DNA of 64,000 nt from positions 96,001-160,000 of the IMG/VR virus record IMGVR_UViG_3300002092_001784. The stretch is one strand, 5' to 3'. This document shows, piece after piece, positions 40,206 through 48,532 of this stretch. The position numbers and the translations under genes were made by a program. How positions within the stretch are numbered: the first letter of the stretch is position 1; every line of letters starts with the position of its first letter. Origin of the DNA: a virus. Its lineage: Duplodnaviria; Caudoviricetes. Below the pieces are notes generated by a model. It had not been told where the DNA came from and did no database searches. It worked only from the letters and a program-made list of their open reading frames with translations.

Positions 40206-40437
40206 CGAGTTTGTCATCAATTGGTTACGACAAGAGGGGTTATATGATAGCTACCGTACCGCCTTTAGAGCCAGATGTGCTAAGGACAATGTAGGAGTGG
40301 ATAAAAAGTGGAATGATCTGATGTCGATGGATGAACCATCCGATATATTCTCAGCCGCATTTGCATTTGGTGATACGCCAGACGGGCATCTGATTTGGCC
40401 GGATGCTGCAATTCGATTCTGTAAACAATTTAAGTAG
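40186..40437 (+). CDS. WxxTxEG-family paralog 3 (subfamily C)
   Basis: MTIEQR start; AFAFGDTPDGHLIW. Confidence 0.85.
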   Translation: MTIEQRNEFVINWLRQEGLYDSYRTAFRARCAKDNVGVDKKWNDLMSMDEPSDIFSAAFAFGDTPDGHLIWPDAAIRFCKQFK

Positions 40438-40443
40438 AACACA

Positions 40444-40701
40444 ATGACGATAGAACAACGTAAAAAGTTTTTAATAGAGTTCCTAACCAACAGAGGGGCT
40501 TACACCGGATTTGTGGCAAACATAATAGCACATCATCCTAATGTGATTGTTGGTAGTTTTATTATAGATTTAGTAACTAGCAATAATCCACAGATCGCCA
40601 TAGGTGGTGCATTTCCGTGGGATGACTCACCCGAAGGTCCGACGTATTGGTCGGTATTAAGAGAAGAATTTGTAAATCAATTTAATCCGATAGAAGAATG
40701 A
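40444..40701 (+). CDS. WxxTxEG-family paralog 4
   Basis: AFPWDDSPEGPTYW. Confidence 0.85.
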   Translation: MTIEQRKKFLIEFLTNRGAYTGFVANIIAHHPNVIVGSFIIDLVTSNNPQIAIGGAFPWDDSPEGPTYWSVLREEFVNQFNPIEE

Positions 40702-40937
40702 CACCAGAACAACGTAAATTAGTATTGTATCGATTCCTGTCCGACCGTGATGCATTGGGGCATTGGAAACAGAATGTGGAGAATAACACAGACAGTATGT
40801 GGCAAAGTGCAGAATCAGCATTTGAGGATAACAATCATCAGAATTGTATAGGTAATGTATTTGGGTGGACTCAAACACCACAAGGTTCGAAGTATTGGGA
40901 AGGACTATATAATGAATGGCATCGTATGTTTGTGTAA
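40698..40937 (+). CDS. WxxTxEG-family paralog 5 (subfamily D)
   Basis: VFGWTQTPQGSKYW. Confidence 0.85.
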   Translation: MTPEQRKLVLYRFLSDRDALGHWKQNVENNTDSMWQSAESAFEDNNHQNCIGNVFGWTQTPQGSKYWEGLYNEWHRMFV

Positions 40938-40940
40938 GAT

Positions 40941-40996
40941 TTAACAATTACTTAACATTGAATAGTTGGAATGTCCGAGCTTTTGTTGTATCTTTA
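40941..40996 (+). promoter_or_regulatory. Class P promoter heading paralog block 2
   Basis: ttaaca-attac-ttaaca; tatcttta. Confidence 0.75.
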
Positions 40997-41123
40997 GGTA
41001 TTGAGTTTTGAGAGTTACTAATTAAAAATTCGGTATTATGGGTTTAGTTGTGTTGATGTTCGCTGAGTTGTGCCTGTTAGGGCTGGTTACGTTTTTAGTG
41101 TGTTACCTAAGTGGATATGAGAT

Positions 41124-41390
41124 ATGGAAGAATTAGAAATATTTGATAAGGATGGGAAGGCATTGCAACTGGCCGATCTTATATACAGTTTTATTAAAGA
41201 TAAAGCAGAAGAAAATAAAATTGATATAGAAAATGTCTATGTTGGTGTAGATGTTGGATTCCCAAAAGGTAAGACACCTATTTGGATACATACAGTCGAA
41301 AGCGTTGATAACGGCTATGATGCAATAGAATTACACAATTTTGGTAAACCGTATATAGTTTCAAATTCATTAATACACAATAAGTTATGA
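41124..41390 (+). CDS. Hypothetical protein (not a family member)
   Basis: ORF. Confidence 0.6.
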   Translation: MEELEIFDKDGKALQLADLIYSFIKDKAEENKIDIENVYVGVDVGFPKGKTPIWIHTVESVDNGYDAIELHNFGKPYIVSNSLIHNKL

Positions 41391-41632
41391 GAAAGATAAG
41401 TAATGAGAAGTTCTTAGTATGGCTAAACACACAGGGTGTATATGAACAGTTTTGCAGCAACTGCAAGCTATTGATAGCTGGTGGTACTGATTCTGTTGAA
41501 TGGTATATGAATACGCTACTTGAAGATTTCCGTAATCCAATCATGCCCGCTTTCGATTGGGATTCCTCAGTTGAGGGGTATGATCATTGGTGTGTTATTT
41601 CAGATAACTATGATGCCGAATTTAATCATTAA
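41387..41632 (+). CDS. WxxTxEG-family paralog 6
   Basis: AFDWDSSVEGYDHW. Confidence 0.85.
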   Translation: MRKISNEKFLVWLNTQGVYEQFCSNCKLLIAGGTDSVEWYMNTLLEDFRNPIMPAFDWDSSVEGYDHWCVISDNYDAEFNH

Positions 41633-41638
41633 TATAGT

Positions 41639-41878
41639 ATGACATATACTGAAAGACATACGTTTTTACTTAAATTCCTTCTCGATAACGATGCTCTTAC
41701 TCAATGGATATACAACCGTACACACATACCACTAAATGGTAAGTTTACAGAACTGTTGGATATTTTAGGCGATAATCCTAGTGATGCAATTTCAATGGCA
41801 TTTGACTGGTCACATACGGTAGAAGGGCATCAATATTGGGGAGAACTACATAGAAAATGGATGAGTAAATTTAAGTAA
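41639..41878 (+). CDS. WxxTxEG-family paralog 7 (subfamily A)
   Basis: MTYTER..FL.KFL.DNDA; AFDWSHTVEGHQYW. Confidence 0.85.
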   Translation: MTYTERHTFLLKFLLDNDALTQWIYNRTHIPLNGKFTELLDILGDNPSDAISMAFDWSHTVEGHQYWGELHRKWMSKFK

Positions 41879-41881
41879 GCG

Positions 41882-42139
41882 ATGACAGCACAACAACAAC
41901 GACGATTGGAGATATTAAACAGTTTTTTGGACGAGCATAATTGTAAAGCCAAATTTTTTAAGTATCGTGATGACTACTATACTGGACTTAATTCGTATCA
42001 ATCATATTCGAGTATGGTAACTACCCATAATCCCGCTAATGTGTTTAGTACGGCATTTAGTTGGGCGGATACACCGGAAGGTACACAATTTTGGTCAGAT
42101 TTGGCAGACGAGTTCAAATCTAAATTTATAATACAATGA
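41882..42139 (+). CDS. WxxTxEG-family paralog 8
   Basis: AFSWADTPEGTQFW. Confidence 0.85.
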   Translation: MTAQQQRRLEILNSFLDEHNCKAKFFKYRDDYYTGLNSYQSYSSMVTTHNPANVFSTAFSWADTPEGTQFWSDLADEFKSKFIIQ

Positions 42140-42384
42140 CACTAGAAGAAAGAAAGCAGTACCTAATCAAGTTCCTATGTGATATGGGGTGCTATGGCCA
42201 ATTCCTATATAACTGTAAATACCATAAGCAAAAATCGTTAGATAACGATTTTGAATCGCTCGTTATGGTAAAGTATCCGTCAGATGCCATTAGCCATGCC
42301 TTTATATGGGGGGATACGGCAGAGGGACATTCATATTGGCAGGACTTGGCAGAGGAGTTTGAATCTAAATTTATACTACAATGA
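42136..42384 (+). CDS. WxxTxEG-family paralog 9 (subfamily B)
   Basis: AFIWGDTAEGHSYW. Confidence 0.85.
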   Translation: MTLEERKQYLIKFLCDMGCYGQFLYNCKYHKQKSLDNDFESLVMVKYPSDAISHAFIWGDTAEGHSYWQDLAEEFESKFILQ

Positions 42385-42626
42385 CGGTAGAGCAACGAAA
42401 AGAATATCTAATCAAGTTCCTATGTGATATGGGATGTTATGACCAATTCCTATATAACTGTAAACATCATAAGCAAGGATTCGATAACGATTTGGAATCG
42501 CTGGCGATGGTAGAGTATCCGTACAATGTCATTAGCCGTGCTTTCACATGGATGGATACGGTGGAGGGGCGTCGATATTGGGAAGCATTGGCAAATGAGT
42601 TCAAATCTAAATTTATAACAGAATGA
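42381..42626 (+). CDS. WxxTxEG-family paralog 10 (subfamily B, recent duplicate of 9)
   Basis: AFTWMDTVEGRRYW; long DNA identities to paralog 9. Confidence 0.85.
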   Translation: MTVEQRKEYLIKFLCDMGCYDQFLYNCKHHKQGFDNDLESLAMVEYPYNVISRAFTWMDTVEGRRYWEALANEFKSKFITE

Positions 42627-42874
42627 CACCGGAACAACGTAAGGCCTTCACCATTAGATGGTTGAAGCAAGAGTTAGCCTATGATAAGTTTGAAGACAAT
42701 ATTAAAAGTTATTGTATACGCACTAATAGGCCAATCGATGAAGCGTGGGATGCGCTGATGGCAATGAATGAACCACGGGAAGTGTTTATGTCCGCATTTG
42801 TATTTATCAGCACCCCAGAGGGACAGGTCTATTGGGAAGATATAGCAATTCGATTTAGTAACCTATTCAAATAG
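42623..42874 (+). CDS. WxxTxEG-family paralog 11 (subfamily C)
   Basis: AFVFISTPEGQVYW..AIRF. Confidence 0.85.
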   Translation: MTPEQRKAFTIRWLKQELAYDKFEDNIKSYCIRTNRPIDEAWDALMAMNEPREVFMSAFVFISTPEGQVYWEDIAIRFSNLFK

Positions 42875-42879
42875 AACAT

Positions 42880-43116
42880 ATGACACCTGAACAACGAAGA
42901 CAACTTTTTTATAACTTTTTAATTGAAAACGATGCGTGGACCGCATGGTGGAACAATGTAAGTAAAGCCTCCACTATATGGTCAAAACCGGAAACTGTAT
43001 TTGACCAAAATGATTATAATAAATGTATATTTGATATGTTCGGACTAAAGACAACACCGGAAGGTGAAGATTATTGGTCTGATTTGGGACGAGCATGGAC
43101 GGATAAATTTAAGTAA
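42880..43116 (+). CDS. WxxTxEG-family paralog 12 (subfamily D)
   Basis: MFGLKTTPEGEDYW. Confidence 0.85.
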   Translation: MTPEQRRQLFYNFLIENDAWTAWWNNVSKASTIWSKPETVFDQNDYNKCIFDMFGLKTTPEGEDYWSDLGRAWTDKFK

Positions 43117-43119
43117 GAT

Positions 43120-43386
43120 ATGACAGTAGAAGAAAGAGTTAAATACCTAAAGGAGTACCTGTATGACAACAGATTGTTGGACAGCTATTACGCTAATCTC
43201 ATAAAGGATAAAGAGTATTTGCACAACACACAAACAATAGATGAAAGACTCCATACCCTATGTAATACAGATACCCCAAGATCATGCTTCGTTAGGGCAT
43301 TCAGTTGGGAACGTTCGCCCGAAGGCTTTAGTTTCTGGTTTAAGGTATCACAGGCCTTCGCAGAACGTCTAATCTATACACGATAG
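43120..43386 (+). CDS. WxxTxEG-family paralog 13
   Basis: AFSWERSPEGFSFW. Confidence 0.85.
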   Translation: MTVEERVKYLKEYLYDNRLLDSYYANLIKDKEYLHNTQTIDERLHTLCNTDTPRSCFVRAFSWERSPEGFSFWFKVSQAFAERLIYTR

Positions 43387-43720
43387 CTAGAACTTCTAAC
43401 TTTTTAGAATCCTATAATCCTATAACTTCTACACTAGCTAAATTGGAAAAAGCTAAAAACGGTGCCTGACATTTTGTCAGGTGCCGGGCACTGGTTTCTT
43501 GGAACTGGAAAAAGTTCGAGCGGGCGGGGGGAGCGCTGACTCGTTTCCGCCCCGAGCCCGGTTTTTCTCCCTAGGAGAAAGACATACTAACTTCCAATGA
43601 TTGGGACGAGCCTATCATTTGATAGTTGTCATATTGATAGTTGTCATATTGATATGTTTGTTTGGATAGCGTTTTTATAGATAGCTCGGCCCCAATCGTT
43701 ACAATCGTTACAATCGTACT
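43387..43720. repeat. Non-coding block of GC-rich hairpins and short tandem repeats
   Basis: cggtgcctgac/gtcaggtgccg hairpin; gggcgg/ccgccc; 15-bp tgatagttgtcatat x2+; 9-bp caatcgtta about x3. Confidence 0.75.
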
Positions 43721-43748
43721 GAAATTAAATAAAATTATTCAACTTCGA

Positions 43749-43756
43749 TATTTATA
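43749..43756 (+). promoter_or_regulatory. Candidate phage late-type promoter TA(T/C)TTATA
   Basis: Sits a short distance upstream of starts at 5773, 7497, 14194, 15313, 17103, 29246, 43784 and 52919, most of which lack a nearby host-type promoter. Confidence 0.45.
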
Positions 43757-43783
43757 TAAACATTAACCATTTAACATACTATT

Positions 43784-44080
43784 ATGAAACTGAAAGAATT
43801 GATGAACGAATCCCCTAAACCAAAGAAGGCGATTCTGAACGAAGGCCAAACCGTTAAGCAAATTGAAGCAACGATGTTGGATTACCTAACCGATGAGAAG
43901 GCCATTGAAGCGTGTTTGAGAAAAACCTATAAGAATATTGAATCCATAAAGTTCACATCACGTGGTACTGAATTTGAGGTTTATATCACATTTAAGGATG
44001 GGTTTACACAAAGTAATGATGGTAGTGGTGCCTGTGTGTTGACAATCAATTTACAATCCCGTAGAAGATATACAAACTAA
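43784..44080 (+). CDS. MIKLKxLLxE-signal protein 1 (putative internal virion protein)
   Basis: MKLKELMNE..ILNE. Confidence 0.65.
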   Translation: MKLKELMNESPKPKKAILNEGQTVKQIEATMLDYLTDEKAIEACLRKTYKNIESIKFTSRGTEFEVYITFKDGFTQSNDGSGACVLTINLQSRRRYTN

Positions 44081-44084
44081 ACGG

Positions 44085-44885
44085 ATGATAAAATTAAAAT
44101 CTCTATTGAACGAAGGATACCTTTGGGACTCGAAGTCACCTCTAATTGGTGGGCTTATTAAAGATATGCAACCTATGATAGATGATATAGTTGCGGCAGC
44201 AGAACGTAAGGCAGAAGAAAAGGGTATACGATTTACTAAGTTCGATAGAGAGTTTATTGAGTTAACCCTACGGTTTGATCTTCTAAAGTCATTGGGGGCA
44301 TATACGAAACCGGGTGATAAAATCGTATCGAAATCGGTATCTAAATCACATAAGGGTTCTCTAACCATAGATGCGGTAATCCAACGTGATGGCGAACGTT
44401 ATCCGTTTCATACGGAAGTGATTTACGCCGGAGGACATAGTATACAAGTTCTACACTTTAGATACCTAACACATACGAAGTTACCAAAGAGTACGAGTAA
44501 TCCGGAAGCCGATAAGGTGAAGGCGGAGTTACAACGGTTATCGAAGGGACAGAAGATTCAAAAGGATATTGATACGAATGGTAGACGAATACAAAATTTG
44601 GAAGCTAAAACAGCAGAGTTAACTGCTCAAACGGATGATGAGGCATTGGCGGCCGATAAGTATTGGAACGATGATTATTCAAAGTTGGATTGGGATGAAA
44701 TAGTACGGCGTGGTGCAGATAAAAACTACAAAGGGCGTAGTGAATTTGAAACGAGTAAGGAAGAATACCGGCAATCAATTTTGGGGCAACGGAAACGGAC
44801 GATTGCCAGTTACACCGATACCATTAAATCAATTAAAAAGGATACTGCCAAACTACAATCCAAATTGGATGCGTTGGCTAATTAA
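44085..44885 (+). CDS. MIKLKxLLxE-signal protein 2 (C-terminal coiled coil)
   Basis: MIKLKSLLNE. Confidence 0.65.
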   Translation: MIKLKSLLNEGYLWDSKSPLIGGLIKDMQPMIDDIVAAAERKAEEKGIRFTKFDREFIELTLRFDLLKSLGAYTKPGDKIVSKSVSKSHKGSLTIDAVIQRDGERYPFHTEVIYAGGHSIQVLHFRYLTHTKLPKSTSNPEADKVKAELQRLSKGQKIQKDIDTNGRRIQNLEAKTAELTAQTDDEALAADKYWNDDYSKLDWDEIVRRGADKNYKGRSEFETSKEEYRQSILGQRKRTIASYTDTIKSIKKDTAKLQSKLDALAN

Positions 44886-44902
44886 ATAACAAAACTAAAG
44901 AT

Positions 44903-45745
44903 ATGATAAAGTTAAAGAGCTTATTAGAAGAAAATAGTTTAGTAACCGAAGCAAGTTTTTGGACTAAATTAGCTCGTAAGTGGAATTGGGCGCAAGATAT
45001 GATGATGTGGGATAAAGAGATGACATCTGGTAAAAATACCGTTGGTCGTGCAGTACCCGCCCAAATGAAAAAATGGGTTACGGGGTTGAGTAACGATAAA
45101 TTACATTCGACGTATGAGGAAGTCAATGACCCTCGCAGTATTTCTTTTCATTATTTAGCAAAGAAAAATTCACCCGAAGAGTTTTTTAAGAAACTCGTTA
45201 ACCTTGAGGTAGAGAAGCGTGGTGGTAATGAAAAAATAAGTGGTGGAAAGTTAACCAAATATTATGTGGTTTCGCATGGAAAACGATATGAGATATCCGC
45301 ATATGGTTTGCAAGATGCGATTAAACAGGCGCAGGATAAATACGGATTATCTAAAAACTTAAATCCACAAGAACTTGGACATGAAGTAGAAAAAGCTAGT
45401 GAAGTTGACAAGTGGGATGAACTTAGATTTTTCACACTAAGGTATAAGGGTAAGGATGTGGAGGTTAAGGCAAAGAATGCATATGATGCTAGGGAGTTGG
45501 CCAATAAAACATTCCACGCACCGGATAATAAATTTGATGAAATTAAAATTATTTGGGCTCAAACACCTATGGCATCGCATTCCAACGGAAAAAAACACGG
45601 AAAAAAACATAATGATGATTCCTATGTGAATCTGAAGTCCAAATCAGGCTATGGTGGTAGTGGTTATAGTGGAGATGATGACGACGATTTTGACGGATTT
45701 GGCGGCGGTTCGTTCGGTGGCGGTGGAGCCGGTGGTGACTGGTAA
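44903..45745 (+). CDS. MIKLKxLLxE-signal protein 3 with Gly/Asp-rich tail
   Basis: MIKLKSLLEE..LVTE; ends FGGGSFGGGGAGGDW. Confidence 0.65.
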   Translation: MIKLKSLLEENSLVTEASFWTKLARKWNWAQDMMMWDKEMTSGKNTVGRAVPAQMKKWVTGLSNDKLHSTYEEVNDPRSISFHYLAKKNSPEEFFKKLVNLEVEKRGGNEKISGGKLTKYYVVSHGKRYEISAYGLQDAIKQAQDKYGLSKNLNPQELGHEVEKASEVDKWDELRFFTLRYKGKDVEVKAKNAYDARELANKTFHAPDNKFDEIKIIWAQTPMASHSNGKKHGKKHNDDSYVNLKSKSGYGGSGYSGDDDDDFDGFGGGSFGGGGAGGDW

Positions 45746-45768
45746 ATTTATAAAACAAAACTAAAGAT

Positions 45769-46095
45769 ATGATAAAGTTAAAAGGATTATTAACCGAAGA
45801 ACTAACTAAATTTCCCGGTGAAATGGAAGTTAAAAAGGTGTTAAGTGGATACGAACAATATTCACATGGACCTAATGAAATTGGGTTTTTTGGCAAGGGT
45901 GCTTCCGTAAAAGTGTTGGATGCTATTCTAAAAAAATATTATGACCGTAGTGGTTCAAACCCGCAGAAAGTTATGGGATTCCTTAAATGGGGATACCAAG
46001 CGCCAGCATCACCGTATCATTCGTATTGGGTATCGTTTGATTCATCGGATGGCAAAACAGTTCGTAATTTTTCTGCAAGTATAATAAAAGAATAA
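45769..46095 (+). CDS. MIKLKxLLxE-signal protein 4
   Basis: MIKLKGLLTE. Confidence 0.65.
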   Translation: MIKLKGLLTEELTKFPGEMEVKKVLSGYEQYSHGPNEIGFFGKGASVKVLDAILKKYYDRSGSNPQKVMGFLKWGYQAPASPYHSYWVSFDSSDGKTVRNFSASIIKE

Positions 46096-46099
46096 GACT

Positions 46100-46507
46100 A
46101 TGATAAAGTTAAGTGGATTATTAAACGAAGAACGTTGGGAGGCCAAAGATGGTCGTATCTCATTGAACGGTAAGCCGATAATGGATTATGAGTTTGATCA
46201 TGGTTCGGATTCGTTTTGGGTTGCTGACCCGAAGAAAAAGCACGGACAGTTATCATTCGATACAAAGGATGAAATGATTGCCTTTGCAAAGAAATCCGGT
46301 ATCCGTACTTGGAAAAGTAGTGTACACGAAGGAAGTGATGACCAAAAAGAAAAGGTCACACAACTACTTATTAAGTGGGGTAACAATCGTAACGATGTAA
46401 AGGATATGGTAGATAAACACTACGATTATGTGTGTAAGCATTATTCAAATGCAAGCCCAAAGATTAAAGCAGAAGTTATCCGAACGATATATTCAAAAGG
46501 AAAGTAA
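46100..46507 (+). CDS. MIKLKxLLxE-signal protein 5
   Basis: MIKLSGLLNE. Confidence 0.65.
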   Translation: MIKLSGLLNEERWEAKDGRISLNGKPIMDYEFDHGSDSFWVADPKKKHGQLSFDTKDEMIAFAKKSGIRTWKSSVHEGSDDQKEKVTQLLIKWGNNRNDVKDMVDKHYDYVCKHYSNASPKIKAEVIRTIYSKGK

Positions 46508-46508
46508 G

Positions 46509-46775
46509 ATGATAAAGCTAAAAGAATTACTTGATGAAGATACAAATTATCCGTATATAAATCAACATACTAAAGCTATAAGCAACGCTGATAAACGCCG
46601 TATACCATCAACAGTGCATGCCAACTATAATATAGTGGTAGATAAAAATGGTATATATTATGCGTATACTAAAAACGGGTTAATAACAGGGGGTTCTATC
46701 AATTCCGATTTGGAGTTATTAATTAAAAACCTGCTTAAAAAGATACAACGTAATCGTTCATTAAAATATTATTAG
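46509..46775 (+). CDS. MIKLKxLLxE-signal protein 6
   Basis: MIKLKELLDE (true start 46509). Confidence 0.65.
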   Translation: MIKLKELLDEDTNYPYINQHTKAISNADKRRIPSTVHANYNIVVDKNGIYYAYTKNGLITGGSINSDLELLIKNLLKKIQRNRSLKYY

Positions 46776-46776
46776 A

Positions 46777-47151
46777 ATGATAAAGCTAAAAGAATTACTA
46801 ACTGAAAAATGTTGGAAGGGATATACTCAATACGGTATGAAGAAAAAGGGCGGTAAGGAAGTACCAAACTGCATACCCGTAAAAGAGATTACCGAAGAAA
46901 TCAAAGATGGCGACGTATTTGGAAATTGGACGGTAGTTCATTTCCGACCATCCTATGATTCTCAACGAATATTGAGAGGTGGTGAGTTTACCATTCAGAA
47001 CCGAGTTGGAAGGCTTGGTGATAAAGATGGTGACCTACTCAAAGTAGAATACGATGGTACAGTATGGCGCACCTCATACCGTAACATTACATATGAAGGT
47101 ACAACACCCGAAGAGTTAATGAGAAAATTATCAGAACACGATACGTTATAA
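46777..47151 (+). CDS. MIKLKxLLxE-signal protein 7 with CWKGY..GMK.K.GK.VPNC microdomain
   Basis: MIKLKELLTE-KCWKGYTQYGMKKKGGKEVPNCIP. Confidence 0.65.
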   Translation: MIKLKELLTEKCWKGYTQYGMKKKGGKEVPNCIPVKEITEEIKDGDVFGNWTVVHFRPSYDSQRILRGGEFTIQNRVGRLGDKDGDLLKVEYDGTVWRTSYRNITYEGTTPEELMRKLSEHDTL

Positions 47152-47372
47152 ACCAAACAAATAAGTTACATATGAATGAATTAACAATACGACAAATTAA
47201 GGATATTACCTTAAACTATATGTCTATCAACCGACCGGATTTATCGGTTGACACTAAGGATGGACTTTCATGTTTCGTTGATTACTCAATGGGATTGCAG
47301 ATTGGATTCATTATCGGACAACTCCCCGAAGCCGAATGGGATGAATTTATAAACAGTAATATATAATAAGTT

Positions 47373-47921
47373 ATGGGAGAGAGAATAGAAGGGTTTTGGG
47401 TTATGCGAACACCATTATATGCGGGTGGATTGCAAGACCTAATCGATTGGATGGGTACATACGGACAGACATCCGATATGAGAATGATTGAAATTGGAAG
47501 TTATGTTGGGGAAAGTACGGTTATATTTGCGGACAGTTTTAGTCAAGTAATTTCGATAGACCCGTATATGGATAATTACGATCCAAACGATATAGCATGT
47601 AAATGTTGGCCATTTAGTATGGTATACAATCAATTCCTATGCAATACATTACTATACCAAAATATTAAATCCATACGATTAACATCTGATGATGCGGTTG
47701 GGATTCTTGCTTTGCAACAGTGGGATATGGTGTATATCGATGGAGTACATACCTACGAAGCCGTTTCTAAAGATATTCAAAATTATAGGAAATTGATTAG
47801 ACCCGGTGGTTTTATAGCAGGACATGATTATACTTGGGAAGGGGTTAAAAGGGCAGTAGATGAGAATCTAACGGTATTGGAAACATTCAAAGATACCAGT
47901 TGGATAGCAAGAGTAGACTAA
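47373..47921 (+). CDS. Class I SAM methyltransferase (Methyltransf_24-like)
   Basis: IEIGSYVGES, VYIDGVHTYE.V..D, GGFIAGHDY. Confidence 0.85.
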   Translation: MGERIEGFWVMRTPLYAGGLQDLIDWMGTYGQTSDMRMIEIGSYVGESTVIFADSFSQVISIDPYMDNYDPNDIACKCWPFSMVYNQFLCNTLLYQNIKSIRLTSDDAVGILALQQWDMVYIDGVHTYEAVSKDIQNYRKLIRPGGFIAGHDYTWEGVKRAVDENLTVLETFKDTSWIARVD

Positions 47922-47939
47922 AAACACAAAAACAAAATA

Positions 47940-48335
47940 ATGTCTGAAGAATTAATCGAAGGACCTGATGGTCGGTTCGGTAAGTACCGTAACAAAGAGC
48001 GGCAGGATGTTGCCACCATTGGAGAACGGAATGGTGAGTATTACGTTTGGTTTGAACCGATAAATCAATTATCGGATAAGTTGGGACCGGTTCGTAAGGA
48101 GTACCCCGTAATGGGAAACCGATTGGTACATCCAAAAAAATGGGGCAGACGAAAGGCCGGAAAGTTATTGGTACAAACCCACATCGAAGACCAAAAGAAA
48201 ATCATCCAACGTGCGCAGGAATACCTTGCCGGCCTTGAGATACTTCTATCCGAAATAGAAGGGTGGCCTGATGATGAATTGGAGACGTTGGAACGAAGAT
48301 GGGATGGTCAACCTGCCGTACCCAAACAAAGGTGA
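47940..48335 (+). CDS. Hypothetical protein
   Basis: ORF. Confidence 0.6.
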   Translation: MSEELIEGPDGRFGKYRNKERQDVATIGERNGEYYVWFEPINQLSDKLGPVRKEYPVMGNRLVHPKKWGRRKAGKLLVQTHIEDQKKIIQRAQEYLAGLEILLSEIEGWPDDELETLERRWDGQPAVPKQR

Positions 48336-48532
48336 TAACGAACTTGCTGGCTGGCATAATAAAAGCTGGTATAAAAGTATCATATCAAAAAAATCTGAAC
48401 AGAACCCTAATACATATATATTATAAAAATTTTCTAAAGTCTACGACATGGGGGGAACGATTTTTCGTTTGAATTATTTGGATATATGGATTATTTTTTG
48501 TACATTTGTATGTAAAACAAAAACAAATAAAT

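Noticed and set aside
39723-43386. Diversity-generating retroelement acting on the paralog array
   Set aside because: No reverse transcriptase in the window, and differences between copies are not adenine-specific
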